Source: Catajapyx aquilonaris
Lineage: Eukaryota
Direction: 5' to 3'
Assembly (NCBI GenBank): GCA_000934665.2
Contig: JYFJ02001119.1
Coordinates: 1 to 64,000 of the forward strand
DNA length: 64,000 bases
In this document: positions 52,990-64,000 of the stretch, piece by piece
Position numbering within the stretch: position 1 is the first letter of the stretch
Layout: each line of letters begins with the position of its first letter
Program-made: the position numbers and the translations under genes
Notes under the pieces: generated by a model
Told to the model about the DNA's origin: nothing
Database searches by the model: none
What the model saw: the letters and a program-made list of their open reading frames with translations, nothing else

Positions 52990-55050
52990 TCGGTGTGGTG
53001 CGAGGTACAGAACACATGTGACAACAACAAAAAAACTGCTCAAAAGTGAGACGTACCTACTCGTGTGACATCAGAAAAGTATTATCCTTCTCAAAGAGTA
53101 TTACAAGGATTTTATGCAATACCATGGATTTTATTTTGGCAATACTTTGTGATGTTCCTGTGCTGCCTTAAAGAAAAAATAATGTATATAATGCCGTGTG
53201 AGTGAGAATGCAATTTTATATAATGGAATCTAGTCCGTTTGTTTGCTGGCATGTGATTTTTTTTCTACCTTTGGCCAAAAAACTTGCATAATATAATACA
53301 GAGTAATTTTTGTAGTAGCCTCAGATGCCTTTTGGTGACTGACCAACGTGTCAAGTACGCAGTTTTAAAAAGAGTGTGTGCAGCAATATTCGCTTCTCAA
53401 CTTCATCCTAAGAACTGCTGATCTGGCCATGTAGATTTTTTTTATATATAAAAAAAAGAAGAGTAACGTGCCTTTTATTCGAAGCATGCTTTTAGCTCGA
53501 ATTTATGCAGCACAGAGGTATTTTTATATAGATATAAGCAGCAAAGTCAATGTCTGTGTTTCTCCCCCTCCCCCCATTCCTTTTTTTAAATATAAAGAGA
53601 TTGGCAGAATTCTCATTATGAAAATGATGTAAAAGAATTTTGCGCACTATTTGTATCAAAGTCAATGCGCATATTTTATGTATCTTTACATCGATGCTGC
53701 CGCAACGGAGCATATGCATATTTTGTGATGATGGCAGGGGAAAAGAAGTAATCATGCTTCCACAATTTTTGCAACAAGTCTCCTTTGTATGAGTCCAATT
53801 TTTTTACATTTTTTTTGTGGCCCCTTTTGTGGGAGAGACTAAAAAAAGCAGTGGGAGTTCCAATAAAATTGATTTTTTGAACGAATTTGCACGCTTTTGG
53901 TTGTTTCTTTTTTCCATCCCGGACAACAATACATGTGGATGCGAATGACAAAAAGGAAAGTATTTTGCAGTTGGGACTGGAACTAATTTTTCTTTCTAAA
54001 AGAATTTCCAGGAAAAAGGTCGCTGGTGTCTGGCAAGGTCGACCTGTTTACAGATTTTTTTTCTGTTTTTTGTAGCTCTCATGAATTAGGCCGACATGGT
54101 TGAAGTCTTATCGCCCTCGGGATATATCAGCCAGGAATTCCCAGGTTATCTTCCTACAAAATGATTGCAAGCAAACCCTCATTTGCAATAAATTTCGCCA
54201 CCCCAAAAAAAAGAGCCGCCACAGCTGGAGGACACACAATAAATCAGAATCTGGCTATTAGCGAAAATATTAGTTCCATGGCCGCCCCCTTTTTTTTTTT
54301 ACACAATCTAGTCAGGTTATTGTTGAACAACTGATTTCCTATAGTTTAAAATGCAGCTACGCAGTTTCAAGCGACATGTTAGATCCAGTTATGGACGGAT
54401 CTAAACAAGGATCTAAAGGTGACAAAGTCCACCAGGTCCCTACCCTTCCAGTGCTGATAGAGATAAAATCGAAAATGGGATTTCCCCAAAACCCCATTTT
54501 TGTGGGCCAGGTACAACCAACTGTATGTCTTTTTGTCTCGAAAAGTTCACCAAAGTCACACTTCCCTAGAGATTTTTGGTCACTCTCACAGCAACATCTG
54601 AGTCACATTTGCTGACATTGCAACCAAAACACTGGTGACTAAATGTCCGATTTGCATTTCCTTCAATTTGAACCGCTTCCAAAGGAGAAACTCTGGGTTC
54701 AAGCCAATGGACCCTGTCGACTTTATAACTAAGCGGAGATGTTGGAAGAAGAAAAAAATAACAGAAGGGGGGTGGCCAATCCCACCTTCGGAACTTGCAA
54801 ATGTTGCGGCGTTGCAATATTTTTAACGTACCCAGTGGTTGTAATTGGAGGTGTTAATTATTTAAAGGCGTATAGCTGCAAACTAAGAAAAGAAGCAGGG
54901 CATCCTGGATCAGGAGATGACTTCAGTACAAAAGCTAAACAGGCCTGGTTTGTGCCAACACTTGCCCCAGTATCGTATGGTGCAGCCTTGGCCAACTTTT
55001 TTTTTTTTTTTTTTCAGTGTCGTGTGTATGTGTCTCTGTTGGGTACACTC

Positions 55051-55053
<3 letters not shown>

Positions 55054-55110
<57 letters not shown>
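55054..55110. repeat. (TA)n microsatellite
   Basis: Directly visible. A short (GT)n follows at 55271-55290. Confidence 0.95.
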
Positions 55111-55112
<2 letters not shown>

Positions 55113-57223
55113 CAAAAATGGTGCGTTTTTTAAGTCATTCTAGAAGTGTCGATGGTGCAGGTCATCTGAATGTGAAGGCGATGCCGCTTTGGTTATATAA
55201 CCCACGCGATTGCTGCCAAGTGTTGAGCACTCCAACAGTACAAATCACGTGAGACTCGGTTTATCAGCCAGTGTGTGTGTGTGTGTGTGTATTTAGGACG
55301 TGGCATGACCCGCGTTTCATAAACAAATCGCCCTTTTACAATATTTAATGCACGGTTTCCACCGCAGAACGCAGGCCTAGAAAAACAGCCAGACTCGCTT
55401 CGAGGGTTTTTCTATAGTTATGATATTATATATATAAAAAACACTGCAGATCTGTAAGGTCACGGTTTATAGAATCGCTTTGACTTTTATGGGTGTGTTA
55501 AATTGTATATATAAAAAAAAGGGCAGGTATGTTCCAAGGTCAGGTGCATTCATCAAAAGAGTGTGTGAGCCACACAACCAACCGCAAACTCGGTCTAAGT
55601 ACCAAGTGCTACATGTTTGGATTACTGAGCAGGCGACTGGCGACGCACAACTAAAAGCCTGAGGGGGTGGGACCACGCGGGGATGTTGATAAGAGTACAG
55701 GACATACCAAATGTGGAGAACAATGTGACATTTTTACAGTCACGAGATTACGACTCTTGCCATATGCGTAAAAGTCAAAGCTTCTAAAGAAGGTACAGAT
55801 TCGTTCAAAAACATGTTTCAAAAAGTGAACAATACGGTCGTAAATATTGCCTACTTGCAAAAAGAAAAAAAAAAGCCGCAAATGTCGGCGATTCAAACAA
55901 ACATGTTTGACGTGCACTTATCAATCGCACATATTGAAAATAAGTACACTCCTTTTTTTATACACAATTCCTTATCCTACAAAAACCGACACGTTTCCGT
56001 CTGATAACAGCCCGCAATGAACTGCAGGAAATGAGGCTTTGGCAATGTAGAAAACGTGACTTTTGGTTGGCGGACAACAGGCTGCCCAGGCTGCAAAGAT
56101 AAAGACAAAAGAGTTTGACTCGACCTACACCTTCAAAACTACACCCTTTTTTTTATGAAAAGGCAATTGCATAAGGGTGTCAATTAAAGGGCGGGTCACA
56201 CACCCAAATTGTTCGACTAAAATGTGTTATTTTGTCGCAAGCCCCCTCAGGATATTGGGTCTTCAAGGCGCACATGCTTCTAGGTTGATAACAATAATCC
56301 GGGTGGGGATAATGTGGGAAACCCGGTTTTAATCTAGGAGAAGGGTCAAGGAACTGGCCCTATCTCCCCCCCTTCCTTTTCCCGAAAAAATTTTTGGAGC
56401 CTGAAAACTACGACCTTCGGATAGATAGTAACGCAATAAATAGCCTAGTGACGCACATACATGGGAATCCTCGGTGTTATCTGGGTTTTAATTCGCGTCA
56501 TATACTCTCTTGTGTAATCAGCAACACTTCCTAATACAAAGACAACCTCCCTGGCCAACTCTTGGAGGACTTTGACCTGTAGCCGAGGGACATGTGCAGG
56601 TGGGCAACTCAGGAAACCTTGGTCAAACACTGGACGATTTGTTATCAAAAAAAATATTTCTGAGAAGCGCTTCTGACTTATGCTGACTTCGTGGTAATAT
56701 AATAGGGTGGTCATATCAGCATTTAATATGCAGCGAAATTGATTTCACCGTTAAAGGGATATGCGGTGTCCTATAGAACACGTGCCTTGGTTCTGACCTG
56801 GAGCGAATCCTCTTTTGAAAGCATGAAGATCATTTTTCATGACTAGTCAAGAAAAACGCGTGTATTTCAGGCTTTAATTCGACGCAGGATAGGGATTTGT
56901 CACGTGTATGTACCCTTTGTTGCACCCGATACTACAAGGAAGAAGAAAAAAAATGAAGACCGTTCACCTGAATTTGAATTATTATTGTAGGCAATGCTGG
57001 GGGGTGCTACAACAAGCTGGAAGAAAGGGTGGGAAAAAAAATGTTGCACGCGTGCCAAAGTTAGCAATGAGGTCAACAACATCTGCGGCACGTGAGATTC
57101 ACACGTCTTGAGGTTTTAACCTCCCCCCCCCCCCCCAAAAAAAAATACACACATAACTCATTCCCGAAATGTGGTCTCCTACTTTGTCAGGAGTTCACCA
57201 AAGGCTTGCTCGTAAATAGGGCA

Positions 57224-57341
57224 ATGAACAATCTTTGCGCAAATTTTTCATAGATGTATAAAACATTTTTCATATTTTGACCATGAAATTTCCAGGAAGT
57301 GCTTGTCATTTTGCAGAAAAATTGGCGCAAAGATTGTTCAT
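57224..57341. mobile_element. MITE-like element / inverted repeat (26-bp arms)
   Basis: atgaacaatctttgcgcaaatttttc (57224-57249) and gaaaaattggcgcaaagattgttcat (57316-57341) are reverse complements with one mismatch. Confidence 0.55.
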
Positions 57342-60300
57342 GCCAGCACAAATTGTCAGAGAGCATGGAAGTGGTAATGTAATTTGCTGATTATCTGTAA
57401 AATACTTCGGATGAAAATTTGCATTCATATAGGCATTTTCTTAAGGGTATTCAGAGAAGGGCATGCAAAACTGTCGACTCACAATATTATTCACTTAATT
57501 TAACTACAATATTTTCTGTTTTATTGTTATTTTATTAACCTTATATTGACCCAGTTTTAAGGCGCGAGTCCTTCGAATTTAATTTATGCTATTCCAACAT
57601 TGGAAGACTCCACACATGAAAATAAGTAACGTATAACTCATACAACGTTCGTCCAACTTCAAAAAGAAAATTGAGCAAAATAAAAATAAAAATTCTACCA
57701 CAACTTTCCCAAGTCAGCATCTAATATACGGAATTATGTCTCGAAGTAATGAATACTCCTGCAATATACACACACCGCGCCTTTCTACGCTGCAGCTCAC
57801 GAGTAAATAATCGCCGAGGCTTGTCTAGTCTCGCGTATCCAGCATACTTTTTTTTTTTATTTCACGCATCTCATCTACTGTATATAGAAGGTGCACATGT
57901 GAAGGTCAGGCGTTCGCTGACATCACATGGTCGCCTCCCATAATGTAGACTTGTAGAGCAAACACCCCAACAGGGCTAAGATCCTCAAGTACCGTACATC
58001 AATTAAATCCAGCTCAATACAGGTAATCCCCCCTACTAAATCGTCCAGTGTCCGCCAGTCTGGCTCCAATTATTATTGGCGCCATTTTGACTAGGGTTAG
58101 AGTTGGGTTTCCCATCTCCTCAATCACCCTTTTTTTTTTGTGTTTTCCCCTATCAGAAAAGGTAGAGGGGCACCAGGCCGTCTGGACATCCAACCTGGTG
58201 GATATGGAGGGGGGGGCGCCAGTCTGACACACGCCATGTGCTACACACATACACATACGCCCAACCTGGCGCCGAGAAATTATTGCCAATTTTAAAATCG
58301 ATGTAACATGAGTCAACAAAGGGCGCCACACTGACCCTGAATGTGTACATGTACGGTACGCGTCTTTTTTTTTTCGCAATATGCAAAGGGCAATTAGGTT
58401 CGCGTGCAGAGACCTATTCCAAGCTCTCTTGTTGTTGAGGAGGACTGCACACTTTCCAAAGCACGAATAGGAGGGTGCTTTAGTGGGGGTGGAAGTAAAA
58501 AAGACATGGGGGGGAAATCCTAGGATGAAAAGGGCAGTCTTTTTTTTCTCCCCCCTCCCTATTGCTGTGGCGCCATGGGATTGGCATGGCCAGGATAGGG
58601 GGGCATGGGGAGAGAAAGAGGAAAAAAAAAATTCTCCCCCTCATGTCTCATTATGCCAATTAAAAGAACTGAGGGGAAAAGGCAGCAGGTCCGAAGGGTT
58701 GGCCCTCAAAATATTGAAGAGAAGTCTGGTGCGCTATGGGCACAAGACCAAAATATGGGTCATCACATTTGCAAAATGACCAGTACGGTATCATAGCCAG
58801 TATGGTAGTATTAAAGTTAATATACTACAACTAGTGAACCCCGTTGCCAAAATTTGGCAAAACCTATTAATCAGTCTGATAGTGACAAACAACTGAGATG
58901 GCCCGCCGATTTACCACGCAGTACTATTTTTCACGCACAGATGGCGCGTACTCCCTCTGCACACTCCTGCCACTCTCAAGTCGAGCGAGAAATAGCGATA
59001 CTATCAGGTCGGACAAACATCCGACAGAGAGAATAAGCCTATTAGGAGATTTCGTCCCACTCTTAGTTACTGCTAACGTAGCAATGGTAATTAGCAGTGG
59101 GACGAAAATTCGACCCATATATTTTTTTTTAAATCGTAAGGAGGCACTTAAAACGCAACACGTTGCACGTGAAAGCTACACGTTTCTCCAATCTGTACAG
59201 CAATTGCAGGCAATTATGACCTCCTGGCAGGGTCACTTCCAACTTCCTGAAAAAAAAAGAAGTTGCCGGGGGGTTTATATACCTACGAGGCATTTCCTAT
59301 AGTTGGCAATGTCCTTCCTATTTCCTTCGCCAGTACGTTCAAAATAGATAACTGACGACCCCTGACGACATGGATGACGACGACATGTAAACACATTACA
59401 TCACGACCTCCATGGTCACCTTTTTTGAGAGGTCGAGATGGATCAAGGAGGAACCATAACTTCCTCCATCCAATAATTCCACTATTTTCTTTACTATGTT
59501 CTATGATGACCTTGTAACCTGCTAGTAAACCTTGGCCACCACAAAGCATTGACACCTGTCTACATTTTGCCCTTCACCCACCGGATTCCGCCCCAAGGTC
59601 TACATCGCAGCCTAAATTAAGACTATCTAGTTTTTCTACTTGTTTCTTTTTTGTTCATATACCCAGGCACTCTGGAGTAGCCTTGGCCTCCTATATTGCC
59701 AGCAGCCTCAGGCCTTTTTCCTTTTTTTTTGTAAGGTACCCCCAAAGTTTGTTTCTGCGCATAAAATGACCCCGACGCCTTAGCTCGTTCTGTGGGCTCC
59801 CACGCATGGAAATTCATAAGCACGTGCTAATTTGCATATCCCGGTACCGGGATCACGGATCTTTGTAACAAAAATTCGCCACTGCCTGGTTTATACATGT
59901 CGCAATAATAAAAAAAAGAAGAGTAGAGAGAACAAAGGGATGCTACACACAAAAGCGTCCTTCGCATCTGCCCCCTCCCGTACACACTTTGGGGAGTCTC
60001 CAATGATGAACTCCGTTACGGTTAGCTGACTCTCGAAGGGTGTTTCTGGGAAAACACACAAGCTACGTTGCAAGGTTGCAGAAAAATTCGGACAGCACAA
60101 TATAAACAAGCCCAATCTGCTCAATATGCCGTCTAATTACCATCCCCCCAAAACATATTCCCACGCAACTTTACACGACCTTCAATTAAACCATCCCCAC
60201 TAATAATAGACGCGCACATGTGCGTACAGGTGTCCTCGGTATATCGTATACGATCCTTTCCAATCTCCGGATGTTTTATGCCAAAAAAACGTGATGCAAT

Positions 60301-62729
60301 GCTGCCCAATTGTCTAACTCCTTAGTATGCAGGCCTGTTCATGTGACCCCAGCAGCCAGCCTTTTTGACCAGTTGGGAAAGAAGCTATAAGCTTCGTGAC
60401 TTCTTCCCGATGATACGCCCCCGCACCTTCTCTCATTACTTGCGTGGTAAATGGCGTCTCTCTCTAATTTTTTTTGTCTTCCATCGGCTGGGTGAGGTCT
60501 GCGAATATCGACAGCACCCAGAGGTAATTGACCTATTGGGACACCCATATATACAAATGAAGGCCTGGCAATCTTGGGAGCGCCTTGATGAATGCCAACG
60601 ATAAATCAGCCTAACTCAAATCGTGGCCACGTGCTCTGAAGTGCACTTGGGCTCAAATAGTGCAAAGTGACCTCAATGCAAATCGGTCTCCCACTTGGTT
60701 TGTTAACAGTATACGTAAATCGCTGTGAGGGATGTTTTTTTTTTCTTTTTCGAAGTAAGTTTAGAGCCGGATCTCTGGTTTGCCACTTTCACTGCCCGCA
60801 TTTTTGTGTCTTGAGGTTTCCGGAAATCCCGTACAAAAAAAAATGCCTGGGGAAAAACCGGAGATGCCGATCCAAAAACGGGTGCGCTCATTGGCTACAG
60901 GCCAGTTTATTTAATAATAAAAAACCAATCAACAGACAGTGATTACCCAATCAGGAAGGCAATATCCCCAATGACAATTTTTTTTCCATTAATTAAATTG
61001 CATCACTGATTCCCCCTTTTACTGCGATTTAATTTATAGTTGAAGGACTTCTTACTTGAAATATTTCATGATCATGTGGTATAAATCAGCCCCCCCTGGT
61101 AATTTTCGGGGCCGATTTAGATCACGTATCCGGTGCCAAGGTCGGGATTTACAAGCACGAGTCTTCAACTAATACTCAATTGAGTGCTAGGTGCTAATGA
61201 GATTAAATATCACCTTGCAGCATCAGACAGAATTTAATCGTCCCTGTCCTAATGATCAGTGACACGGTATGACATCAAACAATTGGTGATTGACACATGC
61301 GCGGATTAATTATTCTTCATGCATCACACATCTAGTCACGTTTAACACCGAAGATGTTCTAACCCCCCTTGGACTTGAGCTACTTCAAAAGAAAAATGTT
61401 CGTGAACGAAAATTTCGCCAAATAACTTCCCTTTCACTTTCGGTTTGCACGATAAAAATATATGGCAGAGGCCAGTTTTTCAACCATCATAAAAATGGGC
61501 CAAGGCAAAAAGTCTGGTCGGCCAACTGGAAAAAAAAAAAAAAAACGCGATTGTTCATGCCCAACAGCATTTTTTAAAAATTTATAAGATCAAAGCCTGC
61601 ACACATCTTCCACCACACATATTGTAATGCAATCCGACCCTTCCCACACATGTGTAACCACTGCACACATCTGTTGAATTATCCGCAGGGTTTTTTTCTA
61701 ATGTCCTAAAAGGCAGGCCTTGGCCCCCGCACTAGGAGCCGTAAATACGCCAAAGTCGCCCCCACAAATGATGAAACAAAATAAGACAATCGGCCTGTAA
61801 ATAATTCAACTTGGAGCCTGTGGTGCAACTACGGGTCCTTTTTCCTGGAAATTTGTCTGGATAGAGGGGGGCCAAAAGTCGATGGATACATCTAGGATGC
61901 TGCATCATGGGTATTTCCCAACTGAGCCTCACCATTAAAGGGATGTCTCCTACTATTACAGGGATGGTAGCTCAAGTGTTAGATTTTGACACTTATATCC
62001 ATTTAGCACTTACGCACTTTACCGAGGAAGTGCACACTAGGCCAAGGCCAGGGAGTGATGACAATATGGTTAGATTAATATTCGAACCTGGACGTTGGAG
62101 GAGTAATTCCTCTCTCTACGTGCAATTAATTACGAGGTCTTGTCACATGTCACTCAGACAGGGGGCCCCAAAAATGGTGCCAGGGTTAAATGACAAAGTC
62201 GGCCGCGTCTTAATTTCCTCAAGAGGAGGATAGATCTGAAAACGTGTCTGGTACGCCCTTGAGGAGGGGGGGGAAAAAAAATGTGGTTGGTATTACTGGT
62301 AATGGGCTCTTCCTGCCTGGTGATAATAACGACTGTTTGATGGCCTAAAATCATAGTGTTTTTCTGGAAACTACTGAGGTCAAAGTGTGTTGCATACTCA
62401 CCCACTCCTGTGAAGTGCACAAGACGCCGAAACTGTTTAAGCATGCAATCCAGCGCAACATGGTGGCTTTCGAGCAATTTAATATGTTGTTGCGTTATGA
62501 TCATGTCATGTTTCCTCAGTGGATTAAAAACAATATGGGCTGAAAGTGACCCAGTTCCCACAATTAGTTTATAAACAACTTCTAAAAGAAGAAACCAGCA
62601 ACTCCACATTTATTTATCCCTCACTTCACATGTGGCATCTGATTGTTGAAAATACTTTTGACTTCAGAAGATGAACACCACTATGTTTCCCTTGGAACCA
62701 TCCAACGAACAGTCTGATTCACATTCACC

Positions 62730-63851
62730 TCACTTCACAGTTATGCTGAGAATCTGTATGTCATCATACGGCTTGTCTGTCTTTGGATTGGTTTTCACAT
62801 TGCTGATGTTTTGTACCACTTCCATTCCTTTAACAACACGACCGAAAACAGTGTGCTTGTTATCCAACCATGGCTGAAATGAATAAAAAAACATGTACTA
62901 TAAATAAATAAACAAGCTCGATGAATGAAAGTGAATCGCCATGTCATAGGGGCCGTGCAGACGAGCCAAGCTTAGCCGCGGCTGGCTGCCGCCGCGACGG
63001 TTCACACCTAGCGGCCCCCTAGCAACGCCACAGCCAGGCCACGGGCCAACTTCCTGGAAGTTGGCCAGGGCCGTGGCCAGCCGCGGCCAAGCTTGGCCCG
63101 TCTGCACGGCCCCATACTCTCCACCAGAACTTAGAATCATTAAGTTTGTAGTCCTGCAAGAATTACAAAAATTGTGTGTTGTTGTCTTGCAAGTAACTTT
63201 TATGTGAAATTACTCAAGTAGATCTGAACAAAATTCACAAAATTGAAAATTTAACTTACTGTAGGAATGACAGTGACAAAGAATTGGCTGCCATTTGTGT
63301 TGGGACCAGCGTTTGCCATGCTGAGGGTGTATGGCCGATCATGGCGAAGGTTAGGGTGAAATTCATCTTCAAATTCCCCTCCCCATATGCTCTCACCACC
63401 TGTTCCTGTACCTGTGGAGATAATTACATCAAGCTGAAACATTTTCACTCCATAACGACATAATCACAATGACATTATTCGTTCACATTTTAATGTGACA
63501 AGCACAACAATTACGCATGTAAAATATTGGCATGATTCTACCAAATACAGTCATTTTAAAAAAAACGACTAAATACATGGCTTCTGCCCAAACTGTAATC
63601 ATGCACATCCATACATGATGCCAAATGCAGTTACAAAATCCAGGTTGGTGAAATCTTCTTACCTGAGGGATCCCCAGTCTGAATCATGAAACCTTTGATG
63701 ATTCGGTGGAAGATGTGGCCATTGTAATATCCTGCCTTGCTATGCACGCAGAAGTTTTCCACACTCCTGGGACACTCCTTCAAGAAGAGCTTGACACCAA
63801 CATCACCCATCGTAGTGTGTATTGTTGCATTGTCATACAAACGCTGGGCAC
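62730..63851 (-). CDS. PPWD1: Last three coding exons (cyclophilin domain) of peptidylprolyl isomerase domain and WD repeat-containing protein 1; the gene continues beyond the window
   Basis: Exons ~63662-63851, ~63258-63411 and 62730-62873: [88 protein letters not shown]...[18 protein letters not shown]. Confidence 0.92.
62949..63113. mobile_element. GC-rich MITE (165 bp, ~38-bp TIRs, 3-bp TSD), PIF/Harbinger-like, in the last PPWD1 intron
   Basis: TIR ggggccgtgcagacg(a/g)gccaagctt(a/g)gccgcggctggc at both ends with 2 mismatches, flanked by ata (62946-62948 and 63114-63116). Confidence 0.8.
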
Positions 63852-64000
63852 CTGTGAATATACAGAAGGTAATATGATTGCCTTTTCTTACGTAACAGAA
63901 TCTTATGAACATGGATGGGGTTGTTAAACAGAGTTACTTCATTCATGGGCTTTATGCAAATATTGTGCCATGAGGGACTTGAGAAAACAAGATTTACCCG

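Overview
This is a compact, gene-dense eukaryotic window with short GT-AG introns. It is probably an invertebrate, most likely an arthropod (inferred from protein style and SINE type). Gene order: start codon of a kelch paralogue running off the left edge (-); intronless IPP/KLHL27-like BTB-BACK-Kelch gene (-); single-coding-exon Sina/SIAH-like RING gene (-); KRI1 (-); a complete ~48-exon axonemal dynein heavy chain DNAH10 (-); Bicaudal-D (-); thiolase ACAA2 (-); METTL4 (-) head-to-head with an HD-superfamily protein whose HD motif reads HY (+); Jun (+) flanked by long non-coding spacers; 3' exons of PPWD1 (-). Mobile and repeat content includes two different tRNA-derived SINEs (one with a perfect 17-bp TSD), several MITE-like inverted-repeat elements, a ~4.4-kb tandem duplication of the kelch unit and microsatellites. 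The most notable unexplained signals are a long fold-back just 3' of the kelch gene, a kelch-array plus orphan-RING ubiquitin cluster, eight RGGTCA half-sites in ~230 bp upstream of jun, a jun promoter laid out like mammalian c-jun, and a paired forkhead/X-box module at the DNAH10 promoter. I found no clear-cut novel multi-gene system. Exon boundaries were read by eye and may be off by a few bases.
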